From contig DASPSR010000048.1 of assembly GCA_035623825.1 (NCBI GenBank), positions 18,369 to 82,368 of the forward strand: a stretch of 64,000 nt of DNA, in the 5' to 3' direction. Positions 37,865 through 48,002 of the stretch are shown here, piece by piece. The DNA comes from Nitrospirota bacterium. GTDB taxonomy: Bacteria; Nitrospirota; UBA9217. The translations under genes were made by a program, and so were the position numbers. Under the pieces are notes generated by a model. It searched no databases and was not told the DNA's origin. It worked only from the letters and a program-made list of their open reading frames with translations. The stretch's first letter is position 1; every line of letters starts with the position of its first letter.

Positions 37865-40606
37865 TCAAAATGTATGTCCGATATTGAAATGGAGCTCCCC
37901 CGGGCTCTCCCCTTGCCTGCGATCTATCTTCTGTCCATAGTCGACACGAAGCGGGCCGACTGGAGTCCCGTAGCGGATTCCCGCGCCGTAGGAGGCGCGG
38001 AGGTCAAGTTGAAATTCTGAGTCAATCCAGACATTGCCGGCGTCGGAGAACAGGACCAGACCGAACCCCTTGGTCACGTTCCAACGGTACTCCACATTGA
38101 ACAGCAGCATGCCGTCGCCGCCGGTCGGGGTCCCATCGGGAGCAGTCGGCCCGACCGAATCCTGCGTATAACCCCGTATCGTCGTGCTGCCTCCGAGATA
38201 GAACCGTTCATGGATCGGCACCTCGCTCGTGTCGCGATATGGCCAAGCAATCCCTGCACGCGCTGATAATGCCAATACGGAGTCTGCTCCCACAGGGAAA
38301 TACCAGCTGCTCTGAAGTGAAATCTTGGTGAAAGCGGCCTCCGAACCTAATGGCTTTAAAGCTTCCTTAATGACAATACCGTGCACCGCGCCGGTACGAG
38401 GATTGAAGATGTCGTCCCGCAGGTCCCAGACCAGCGATGGGCTGAGGCTGCTGACGCGCACGTAGCCCGTGTCCTCGGGCGAAAGGACGGCCCCCGGTTG
38501 GACGTTGTAGTTATCCACATCTTCGTATGCATAGGTGAGCGATGCCTTGAGACGGCCCAGGTTCTTTTCCACGCCGTAGGACGCCGATTTTCTCCGGGTC
38601 TGGTAGTAGACCACCCGCGATTCCGAGGTGATATGTTCTTCATCAGAATAGACCAGTGCAAATTTCCCCTGCAGGTCATACCCGAAGGCCCAGGGCTGTA
38701 TATAATTCAAGATCACCCGTGATAGTATCGAGCTCTTCTCCAGCCTGATGCCCGCGTAGTGTCCGATGTTCCAGAGGTTCCGGTACGATACTTCTATTGA
38801 GCCCCTTAAGTGGTCCAGGTCACCGTATCCCAGGCCGAGCTCCACGGAACCGGCAGGCCGCTCCTCAACAGCAAAGACCAGGTCCTTGACATACTCTTTT
38901 TCTTCCTCCGGATGGAGCGGTTCGAACCGCGCCAGGCTGAAATAGCCGTACTTGTAGATCCGCTGCTGGCTTTTAAGCATGGCCCCGTAGTCATAGGGGC
39001 CTCCCGGTTTAACGAGAAGTTCGCGCATGATCACATAGTCCTTGGTATTCTCGTTCCCCCGGAGGATGATCCTGCCGATCCTCACCTGATAGTCTTCGGA
39101 TATTCTATACTTGATATCAACAGTGAGGTCTCCCTGTATTTTCTCCACTTCCACCTTGGCGTAGAGATAGCCCTTGTTCGAATAGGCGGAGAGGATACGG
39201 TAGCGGTCCTCATCCACGAGCCGTTCGTTGTATGGCGCACCGGGCTTGAGACTCACCGTGCCGAGAAGGGCAGCCGCGGTTAATACTTTATTCCCCTCGA
39301 AGGTGACGGTCCCAACCTTCGTCTGCGGCCCTTCGTCGATATCGATCACGACCGTGACCTCCCTGCCGTCAGCGCTCAGCGACACTTTTTTCGTGACGTT
39401 CGTAGACAGGTACCCGGAGTCGAGATACTGCTCATGGATATATTCCACGTCCTTGTTCAGGAGGTCTTCACGATAAGGGCCCGATGTGAACCAGCCGGAT
39501 TCGCGGAGGGACATCTCCCCTTTGATCCGTTTCGTGGGGAAATAGGTGTTGCCGCGGATCTCGATCTTCTTGACCGTCTCCCGCAGACCCTCCTGGATTG
39601 AGAACTCGAGATCGAGCAAACCGGGGGACTCGGTTTTTTTCACATCCACCGCGACGTTCACGTATCCGTCCTCTAGATAAAGGTTCTTAATCCTGTCCAC
39701 GCTGCTCTCGATGATGGCTTCGGATACGTCGTGCTCGGACCAGATGAGGAGGGCGTCTCCAAGTTTTCTTGAGCTGAACGCATGGTTTCCTGTGAAATTC
39801 ACCTTCACGTTCGGGCCTTCAATCACCTCGATGGTGACGTATGCATTCCTTTCCCGGTAGCTCACGTTCACCGGGCCGACCTTGGCTGCCGGGTAGCCAG
39901 CTTTGGCATATTTTTGACGGATGGCCTCGACATCTCTGTCCAGGAGCAGGTCGGTTTTGAGGCGGTCTCCCGCTTTGCTCTTCATGGCTTTCAGCAGGTC
40001 TTTCTCCTTGAAGACCGTGTTCCCGACGAAACCGATCTCCTTGATGATGGTCGGTGTTCCCTCCCGGATATCGATATGGAGAGCCACGCGATGGGGATCT
40101 TTAAGCGGCCTGACCTGAAAATTGACGGAGGAGCCGTAAAAGCCCTCGGACTGATAAAGCCCAATGATATTGGTTTTGTAATCAGCCAGTTTGCCTTCGC
40201 GCAGTTCCTTGCCTTGGATCCCGGTAAGGACGTCCATGATCCTGCTCTTGGACAGAGCATCATTACCGTCGATCACGATATTATCTACCACGGTGATTGG
40301 ATACAGGGTGTACTCCAGCCTCACGCCATCTCCATCGGGAAACCCGTCGACGCGGATGTCCCTGAACAGGCCCTTAAGGTATATGTAACCGATGCCTTCC
40401 CTGATGGCTTCGGAGGAGAAAAGGTCGCCTGGTTTTACGTTGGTCAACGGAAGAACATGCTCGGGGTGAGGCCATGGGTTGCCGCGGTCGTCCTTGATCA
40501 CGATGGCGGTGACAGGGCGGCCGGCAAAATCGGAAGGGGCGGAAAATGCAGTCGATGTCAATATCTGCAGACAAAGCAGCGCCACCATTGATTTTAAGAG
40601 TTGCAT
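37865..40606 (-). CDS. bamA: Omp85-family outer membrane protein assembly factor (BamA-like)
   Basis: Multiple POTRA domains, ERFYLGGSTTIRGY, TPVGPLRVDYG, C-terminal FNIGHTF. Confidence 0.85.
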   Translation of the reverse strand: MQLLKSMVALLCLQILTSTAFSAPSDFAGRPVTAIVIKDDRGNPWPHPEHVLPLTNVKPGDLFSSEAIREGIGYIYLKGLFRDIRVDGFPDGDGVRLEYTLYPITVVDNIVIDGNDALSKSRIMDVLTGIQGKELREGKLADYKTNIIGLYQSEGFYGSSVNFQVRPLKDPHRVALHIDIREGTPTIIKEIGFVGNTVFKEKDLLKAMKSKAGDRLKTDLLLDRDVEAIRQKYAKAGYPAAKVGPVNVSYRERNAYVTIEVIEGPNVKVNFTGNHAFSSRKLGDALLIWSEHDVSEAIIESSVDRIKNLYLEDGYVNVAVDVKKTESPGLLDLEFSIQEGLRETVKKIEIRGNTYFPTKRIKGEMSLRESGWFTSGPYREDLLNKDVEYIHEQYLDSGYLSTNVTKKVSLSADGREVTVVIDIDEGPQTKVGTVTFEGNKVLTAAALLGTVSLKPGAPYNERLVDEDRYRILSAYSNKGYLYAKVEVEKIQGDLTVDIKYRISEDYQVRIGRIILRGNENTKDYVIMRELLVKPGGPYDYGAMLKSQQRIYKYGYFSLARFEPLHPEEEKEYVKDLVFAVEERPAGSVELGLGYGDLDHLRGSIEVSYRNLWNIGHYAGIRLEKSSILSRVILNYIQPWAFGYDLQGKFALVYSDEEHITSESRVVYYQTRRKSASYGVEKNLGRLKASLTYAYEDVDNYNVQPGAVLSPEDTGYVRVSSLSPSLVWDLRDDIFNPRTGAVHGIVIKEALKPLGSEAAFTKISLQSSWYFPVGADSVLALSARAGIAWPYRDTSEVPIHERFYLGGSTTIRGYTQDSVGPTAPDGTPTGGDGMLLFNVEYRWNVTKGFGLVLFSDAGNVWIDSEFQLDLRASYGAGIRYGTPVGPLRVDYGQKIDRRQGESPGELHFNIGHTF

Positions 40607-40695
40607 GTCGATTTTTTATCACATCATAAGGAGAATGTAAAGGAAAGATAGGCTGCCCATGTGGTTTGCCGCCTGCCTTGTGCTATACTTTTTCC

Positions 40696-41529
40696 ATGGC
40701 TATCCCAAAAAGGACACTCGGCAAAACCGGCACTGACGTCTCGATCCTCGGCCTCGGCGGCGAAGGTGTCCTGAGGACCTACGGCCATGAGAAGGAGGCA
40801 TATGAACTCATCAACCGCGCGCTGGATCTCGGAATCGATTACTTCGAATCAGCACGGGCGTACTCTGGGAGCGAATCGTATTACGGGAAGGCGTTGAAGG
40901 AGCGGCGAAAGGGAATATTTCTGACAAGCAAATCGCACGCGCGGGACAGAAGAGGTGCGCTCGATCAACTGGCGAAAACCCTAAGGAACATGGGGACCGA
41001 TCACCTGGACCTCTGGCAGGCGCACGACGTGAGGACAAAGGAGGATGTCGAGGAGATCTTCGGCACCGGCGGCGCCATCGAGGCATTTGTGCAGGCGAAG
41101 GAGAAGGGCATGACGAGATTCATCGGTGTGACCGGCCATCATGACCCCTTGATCATCAGACAGTGCATTGATCTTTTTGACTTTGACACCGTGCTCCTTC
41201 CCGTCAATCCGGGGGAGCCGAAACACAAGAGCTTTCTTGAGCACGTGGTCCCTCTCGCCCGGCAGAAGGGCATGGGGATCGTCGGGATGAAGGTCTATTT
41301 CCGCGGCCTTGCGGAGCAGCTGCCCTGGTATACGGGCATGGAGCCCTTCCTGCGCTTCGCTCTCTCCCAGCCCATTTCAAACATCGTTATCGGCTGCGAT
41401 GACACCGTGCAGCTAGAAGAGAACGTGAAGTTCGCCGGTGCGTTCAAAACGATGACGGACGAGGAGCAGGGCAAGCTTATCCGCGACATCGCCCCCTTTG
41501 CAAGGCAGCTCATGTATTACAAGCCGTGA
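40696..41529 (+). CDS. Aldo/keto reductase family oxidoreductase
   Basis: RTLGKTG, GIDYFESARAY, LTSKS, DHLDLWQAH, RFIGVTGH. Confidence 0.9.
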   Translation: MAIPKRTLGKTGTDVSILGLGGEGVLRTYGHEKEAYELINRALDLGIDYFESARAYSGSESYYGKALKERRKGIFLTSKSHARDRRGALDQLAKTLRNMGTDHLDLWQAHDVRTKEDVEEIFGTGGAIEAFVQAKEKGMTRFIGVTGHHDPLIIRQCIDLFDFDTVLLPVNPGEPKHKSFLEHVVPLARQKGMGIVGMKVYFRGLAEQLPWYTGMEPFLRFALSQPISNIVIGCDDTVQLEENVKFAGAFKTMTDEEQGKLIRDIAPFARQLMYYKP

Positions 41530-41565
41530 TATCCCAAGGCGACCGAGGGAAACGAGAACTTGTAT

Positions 41566-42465
41566 TCAGTGGCCATGCCGATCCTCGAGTTCGTCGATGG
41601 TCCGCGGCCAGTCCTCCTTCAATAACCGGGACAACGCGCGATCGGCCAGGAATCTTCCACTGGTTTGACATCTCGCGCAGTAGTTGGCTTCGTTCGTCGC
41701 ATACCGTATCCTCTGCACCGGGGTCCCGCATGTCGGACATGGTTGGCGAAAACGGCCATGGACCGCCATCCCTTTGCGAAAAGCGGTGACCTTTTCCGGG
41801 AATCCATCCCCCGTTTCGCGCCGCAGCCTGTCGATCCATTCAGTCAATGTTTCCCGCGCTGCACGATGCAGTCTCTCGATCTCACCTGGCGCGAGGCGCT
41901 GGGTCAGCACCACAGGCGACAGTCTCGCTCGGAACAGGATCTCGTCTGAATATGCATTGCCGATGCCGCTGAACAGATGGGGATCGGTCAAAGCACGTTT
42001 CACGGTGTGGTTCGTCCTCGTGAGCGCTGCGGCGAATGTTTCACGGCCGGCTCGAAGGACATCGATTCCGCCCTGGTCAAATGCGAGGAGATTTGCCTGA
42101 CCGTGCACGATATGAAGCGAAGCCCGCTTCTTCGTTCCGGCTTCATTGAGCACCAGACTACCCCCCGTGAAGTCAAAGGACGCGAGGTCCCCCTTGCCGC
42201 GCAGAACGACGCCGGGCTCGCGCCAGTGCAGACGTCCTGAGATCATCAGGTGAACGAGGAGCCAGAGATCGTCCTCAAGGCCGATGGCGATGCGCCTGCC
42301 GATGCGCCGGAGTTCAAGCACCTGCTTGCCCTCTACCGCCGAAACAGGGGGCTCCGCGGTACGGAGCAAAAAGGGATGCACAATGCGCAGCCCCTTGAGC
42401 AACCGGTTCATGATGCGCTTCTCGAGTGCTTCGATATAGACAACGATGTCTGGCAATTCCGGCAT
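41566..42465 (-). CDS. Fpg/Nei family DNA glycosylase
   Basis: N-terminal MPELPD, HLMISG, H2TH SGIGNAYSDEIL, zinc finger CPTC...CARCQ. Confidence 0.93.
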   Translation of the reverse strand: MPELPDIVVYIEALEKRIMNRLLKGLRIVHPFLLRTAEPPVSAVEGKQVLELRRIGRRIAIGLEDDLWLLVHLMISGRLHWREPGVVLRGKGDLASFDFTGGSLVLNEAGTKKRASLHIVHGQANLLAFDQGGIDVLRAGRETFAAALTRTNHTVKRALTDPHLFSGIGNAYSDEILFRARLSPVVLTQRLAPGEIERLHRAARETLTEWIDRLRRETGDGFPEKVTAFRKGMAVHGRFRQPCPTCGTPVQRIRYATNEANYCARCQTSGRFLADRALSRLLKEDWPRTIDELEDRHGH

Positions 42466-42720
42466 ATCAATCTCTCAATTGCAAGATGCGGAGAAATCTT
42501 CTCCGCTCATCAGTATACCAGTAAAAGCACGTGAGGGGCAACTCTGCCTTGGCCGACATTGTTCAGATTGCACCGCGAAGGGCAACATTACCGAAAGATA
42601 AGATGTGGGGATTTTTCTCTGCAATGGGGGGTTGACATTGTGATGCTCGGTGCTACCTTTTAAACAGAGACTAAACACAATGGAACAGGGCCTAAGTATA
42701 CCTGTAAGTGAGATGCAAAG

Positions 42721-43704
42721 ATGGATAGACACCACCTTGTCGTGACCTACACCATTGGAGAGGCGAAGCGCGCGCTGCTCAAAGATATCTTTGACGAGGA
42801 GGTGAGGCTTACCTTTCTCGCCGACATGCCTTCCGGGCTGCGGGAACAGACGCTTGTCGAGGCAAGCGTGCTCTTGTCATGGAATCTGCCAAAGGAGCTG
42901 GGACCGGGCGAGTTCGGATTGCTTAAAAAAGTGCGCATGATTCAGCTCCTGTCCGCTGGCGTTGACCATGTGCCTTTTGTCCGACTGCCCCCGGGTATTG
43001 TCATCGCAAGCAATGCAGGGGCGTACGCGGAGCCCATGGCCGAGCATGTCCTCGCCATGACGCTGGCTCTGGCAAAAAACCTTTTTCGAGAACACCAAAA
43101 TCTCGGACGGGGTGAGTTCAACCAGTCCAGACTCAACCGTAGCCTGCGAGGCTGCGTCTGCGGGATCCTCGGGTTCGGAGGCATCGGCCGGGCCACGGCC
43201 CGTTTGATGCACGCCCTGGGAGCCCGGATCTATGCGGTGAACACCAGCGGCAAGACCGACATCCCCCTGGAATTCATCGGCACGCTGAACGATCTTCAGC
43301 GGGTGCTCTCCGCGTCTGATGTAGTAGTCATTTCTCTGCCGCTTACAAAGACGACGCGCGGCCTGATCGGGAACCGCGAGCTCGGATGGATGAGACCAAA
43401 TGCAATTCTTATAAATGTGGCGCGTGGCGACATTATCGATGAAGGGGCGCTCTACGCCCATCTCACCACCCATCCTGATTTCAGGGCTGGAATAGACACC
43501 TGGTGGGTCGAGCCGTTCCGCTCCGATGAGTTCCGCACACATTATCCCTTTTTCACCCTGCCGAATGTCCTGGGTTCACCGCATAATTCAGCGATGGTCC
43601 CCGGCGTGACTGAAGAAGGCACTCGGCGGGCTGCCGATAATGTGAGGCGCTTTCTAAAAGGAGAACGCCTCGTCGGTGTGGTACGGCGGGAAGACTATGT
43701 ATAG
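42721..43704 (+). CDS. D-isomer-specific 2-hydroxyacid dehydrogenase
   Basis: SAGVDH, AEHV, GFGGIG, LINVARG, IDTWWVEP, SPHNS. Confidence 0.92.
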   Translation: MDRHHLVVTYTIGEAKRALLKDIFDEEVRLTFLADMPSGLREQTLVEASVLLSWNLPKELGPGEFGLLKKVRMIQLLSAGVDHVPFVRLPPGIVIASNAGAYAEPMAEHVLAMTLALAKNLFREHQNLGRGEFNQSRLNRSLRGCVCGILGFGGIGRATARLMHALGARIYAVNTSGKTDIPLEFIGTLNDLQRVLSASDVVVISLPLTKTTRGLIGNRELGWMRPNAILINVARGDIIDEGALYAHLTTHPDFRAGIDTWWVEPFRSDEFRTHYPFFTLPNVLGSPHNSAMVPGVTEEGTRRAADNVRRFLKGERLVGVVRREDYV

Positions 43705-43740
43705 GCCCCGCAAGAGGTCATTTCGCAGGGTTATTCTCCT

Positions 43741-46125
43741 CTAAACTTTTCCTGAAGCCGGTGGAATTGTTCCGTTCCATGTCCACTCTCTAATCTCCGG
43801 CATATCTTGACCATACCTTCTTATGTACTCGCGGTGTTCGACGAGCTTATCGCGAATGGCCTGCTTGGTATAGGCGGCGATGCGCCCGAGTTTCGGCACG
43901 CGGTCAATCACGTCCGCCACCAAGTGGAAGCGGTCTAGGTCGTTGCGTACGACCATATCAAAGGGAGTGGTGGTCGTCCCCTCTTCTTTATACCCGCGGA
44001 CGTGGAGATTTTTATGGTTCGTGCGCCTGTAGGTCAGACGATGGATCAGCCACGGGTAACCGTGATAGGCGAAGATGATCGGCTTATCGATCGTAAAGAG
44101 CGTGTCAAAATCCTTTGAGGATAGACCGTGGGGATGCTCTTCCCGAGGCTGCAGTGTCATCAGGTCAACAACGTTTACCACACGCATTTTCAGGTCAGGT
44201 GCATAGCGGCGGAGCAACTCGACAGCGGCAAGTGTTTCGACCGTAGGCACGTCCCCTGCGCATGCCATGACCACATCCGGCTCGCTCCCATCATCATTGC
44301 TCGCCCATTCCCAGATGCCTATCCCCGCGGAGCAGTGCTTGACGGCTGCCTCCATATCGAGCCACTGCGGTTGGGGCTGCTTGCCGGCCACGATCACATT
44401 TATATAGTTGCGGCTTCGAAGTCAGTGGTCCGTCACGGAGAGCAGCGAGTTTGCATCGGGCGGGAAGTAGACCCGGACTATATCAGCTTTTTTATTGACC
44501 ACAATATCGATGAAACCCGGATCTTGGTGGCTGAATCCGTTGTGGTCCTGCCGCCAGACATGGGATGTCAACAGGTAATTGAGCGAGGCAATCGGCCTCC
44601 GCCAGGGAATTTCTCTGCTCGTTACCTTAAGCCATTTGGCGTGTTGATTGAACATTGAGTCGACGATGTGAATAAATGCTTCGTAACATGAGAAAAACCC
44701 ATGCCTCCCCGTGAGGAGATATCCTTCAAGCCAGCCCTGGCAAGTATGCTCACTCAGAATCTCCATTACCCGGCCTGCGGGAGAGAGGTGCTCATCCTCG
44801 GGGATGGTCTCTGCCATCCATGCCCTATCCGTCACTTCAAATAGGGCATCGAGCCTATTTGAAGAGGTTTCATCAGCTCCCATCACCCGGAAATTTCTGT
44901 TGTTGAGCTTCATGATATCGCGTAAAAAAGAGCCCAGGATTCTGGTAGCCTCGGCCAAAACCCGGCCTGGCTGGGGCACGTCAACCTTATAATCCCGAAA
45001 GTCGGGCATCGTCAGTTCTTTCAGCAGGAGGCCACCGTTGGCATGGAGATTCGCGCTCATTCGGCGATTGCCCTGGGGAGCAAGGTCCGCAAGCTCCGGG
45101 AGCAGCTTCCCCCCCTCGTCAAAAAGTTCTTCCGGCTTATAGCTTTTCATCCACTCTTCGAGCAGTCTCATGTGTTCCGGCTTCGTTTCCATCTCGGCAA
45201 AAGGCACTTGGTGCGACCGCCAGAAGCCCTCTGTCTTCTTCCCATCTACTACCTTCGGCCCTGTCCAACCTTTGGGAGTTCGCAGGATGATCATGGGCCA
45301 TTGGGGACGCGTCAAGATACCGCTCCCGCGGGCTTTTTTCTGGATCGACTGTATCTCGTCAATGGCCCTGTCCAGGGTTTCGGCCATGTTCCGGTGCATC
45401 GTCTCCGGGTCCGATCCCTCGACGAAGAAGGGCCGGTACCCGTAGCCGACGAACAGATCTTCCAATTCCTCATGGCTAATCCGCGCCAGGATAGTCGGAT
45501 TCGCTATTTTGTAGCCGTTGAGGTGCAGGATGGGAAGCACGGCCCCGTCGTTTACCGGATTTAGAAATTTGTTCGAATGCCAAGCCGTGGCAAGGGGGCC
45601 GGTCTCAGCCTCGCCGTCACCGACTACGCAGGCAGCGATGAGGTCAGGGTTGTCCAAGACAGCTCCAAAAGCATGAGAGAGCGAATATCCGAGTTCCCCC
45701 CCTTCGTTGATGGACCCGGGCGTTTCGGGAGCGACATGGCTCGGAATGCCGCCGGGGAACGAGAACTGCTTGAAGAGCTTCTTCATGCCTTCAGCATCTT
45801 GTGACACGTGGGGATAGAATTCGCTGTACGTGCCCTCCAGATAGGTGTTGGCGACCACGCCTGGGCCACCATGGCCGGGGCCTGTGATGAATATGACGTT
45901 GAGGTCCCGTGACTTAATTACCCGGTTGAGGTGCACATAGATAAAGTTGAGCCCGGGCGTAGTACCCCAGTGCCCTAGCAGCCGGGGTTTTATGTGCACA
46001 GGCTTCAGTGGCTCTTTAAGCAGCGGATTGTCGTAGAGATAGATTTGTCCGACCGAAAGGTAGTTTGCCGCACGCCAGTAAGCGTTCATGGCTTCCAGCT
46101 GTTTCGAGGAGAGAGCATCAGGCAT
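43741..46125 (-). CDS. xfp: Phosphoketolase (Xfp/Xpk) with one in-frame TGA at 44424-44422 (recoded gene or nonsense allele)
   Basis: The two ORF-track pieces are in the same frame: ...[31 protein letters not shown]..., about 794 aa in total. [36 protein letters not shown] and [14 protein letters not shown] motifs are intact. Confidence 0.9.
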
Positions 46126-46573
46126 GTAGACCTCCTATCACAAGACCCCCTTGTTGAAACCCATTAGAGCGCCTGTCCTGCCTTTGAGTCATCGGCCAAG
46201 CGGAGGGCATCTTTTATACATCATACCGCAAATTTTGGGAAAGATTTAATGATTAGGCGGGAGCATCGGGAAAAAGTATTAATTCCTTCTGGTCTTTCCT
46301 TGGAAGTAAAAAAATACTTCCGTTTTGTTTTGGGGAACGATTTTGGAACTCCATTTAACCGCCCGCTTCTTCCGATGTGAATAGTGCCTTGATTTGATTA
46401 TGCACGCATGTCATCATATTTTGAAACGAACGTTCATCATCTTGTCCTCAAGGACATAGCCAATTTTCGGGTTCAACAAAATTCCATCACAGGTGTCAAA
46501 ATATCAGAAGATCTGATCGGGTTTGAATGCGTAATCAAGAAAAAATGATTGTTTAAATTAGGGAGGTGGCGTA

Positions 46574-47101
46574 ATGAAGAAACGGATATTCATTGCAATA
46601 GGTGTCAGTAGCATGCTTTTGGTGTTCAATCTTTTATCTCCATTGAAAAGCAATGCAGGGGTGAATGTAAACGTAATCATCCCTCTGCCCGGACTGGTAT
46701 TTTCGGCAGCGCCCGCCATGGTTGTTGTACCTGGCACGTATGTCTATTATCCGCCTGAGGTGAGCGTGGATATATTCTTTTATCGCGGATACTGGTACCG
46801 CCCGTACGGAGGAGCGTGGTACATCGCGAATGGCTATAACGGCCCGTGGCGCACGATTGGCGTCGGCTATGTGCCTCGTGCCGTGATCGGCGTGCCGCCT
46901 CACTTCCGGCGCGTCTCTTCCGGTTACGAACGCATGCCTTATGGAACGGTCAAGGGAAACTGGCACGCTTGGGAGCGTGAACGGTACTGGGAAAAACATG
47001 ATCGTGCCCGGGGCTACCACGAAGATCACGACAGGAGAGCGCATGGAGGACCAGGATATGGCCACGAGGGCGGCATAATGGCCAGGCACGGAAACGACTA
47101 G
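46574..47101 (+). CDS. Secreted Gly/Tyr/Pro/Arg-rich hypothetical protein
   Basis: GGAGG RBS, signal peptide, VNVNVIIP, VVPGTYVYY, FYRGYWY...YNGPW, His/Gly/Arg-rich tail. Confidence 0.75.
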   Translation: MKKRIFIAIGVSSMLLVFNLLSPLKSNAGVNVNVIIPLPGLVFSAAPAMVVVPGTYVYYPPEVSVDIFFYRGYWYRPYGGAWYIANGYNGPWRTIGVGYVPRAVIGVPPHFRRVSSGYERMPYGTVKGNWHAWERERYWEKHDRARGYHEDHDRRAHGGPGYGHEGGIMARHGND

Positions 47102-47131
47102 AGACGGATTCTTCCGCTGACGAGTTACAGT

Positions 47132-47164
47132 ATAGGCCGCCCGCCTCAAAGGGGGGCGGCCTAT
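47132..47164. terminator. Strong hairpin between convergent genes
   Basis: ATAGGCCGCCC...GGGCGGCCTAT, an 11-bp inverted repeat. Confidence 0.7.
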
Positions 47165-47328
47165 CGTGGATTAATGAGCAAGTTCCAACTGATTGCATAA
47201 CTCAATTTCATCTAGTTTTGGTCACTGAAGTTTCAGCTGCCTCGATACAGTTTCAGATTTTATTCGGGAGGCTTGGAATTTATTTCTGCACTCCGCATGC
47301 AGCCATTCATATTCAGCAGCGACAGCTC

Positions 47329-47928
47329 TTAAATTCCCCACCGTGTCGTCAGATCGTTCTCAATCCCCATGCTGTCCAGCACTCTGCCCACAATGAAGTC
47401 CACCATGTCCGATACGAGCTTGGGATGATGGTAGAAAGCTGGCATGGCCGGGAGCACATGGCACCCCAGCTCCGCCAGAGTGAGCATGTTTCTTAGATGT
47501 ATGGCAGAGAGCGGTGTTTCGCGCGGCACGATGATGAGTTTCCTCTTTTCTTTCAGCATCACGTCGGCGGCCCGCTCGGCCAGGTTCGAAGCGTAGCCGT
47601 TTGCTATGGATGCGAGCGTCTTCATGGAGCAGGGGATTACGACCATGGCGTCTACCATGACCGAACCGCTCGCGATGGGCGCGTACATGTAGTCCTCGCC
47701 GAAGTACGCGATCTGTCCTCCCTTGGCTTCAAAGTGCTTCTCGAGGGCATTTTGAATATCGGTGTCCGAACCCTTGAGCAGCAGGTCCGCCTCATCGTTC
47801 AAGATCGAGAGCCCTTCACCCGAGATCGTGACATAAATAGAGTGCCCTCCCTTAATCAGCACCTGAAGGAGCCGACGGGCGTAGGGCGCGCCGCTCGCAC
47901 CGGTGATCGCTACGGTATAAGTTGCCAT
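47329..47928 (-). CDS. ubiX: Flavin prenyltransferase UbiX
   Basis: ITGASGAPY, APIASGS, PCSMKTLASIANG, RAADVMLKE, PRETP, PAFYH. Confidence 0.94.
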   Translation of the reverse strand: MATYTVAITGASGAPYARRLLQVLIKGGHSIYVTISGEGLSILNDEADLLLKGSDTDIQNALEKHFEAKGGQIAYFGEDYMYAPIASGSVMVDAMVVIPCSMKTLASIANGYASNLAERAADVMLKEKRKLIIVPRETPLSAIHLRNMLTLAELGCHVLPAMPAFYHHPKLVSDMVDFIVGRVLDSMGIENDLTTRWGI

Positions 47929-48002
47929 GGATTATTCCCTTTCTTTTGAGCCATGCATAGCCCCATCTGTGTCAAGGTTTGTCTTGCACCCATTTCTGGC
48001 TG

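Noticed and set aside
44385-44421. Possible SECIS after the phosphoketolase UGA
   Set aside because: The upper stem is weak (A-U and G-U pairs) and the loop has no G, so it is not listed as a feature.
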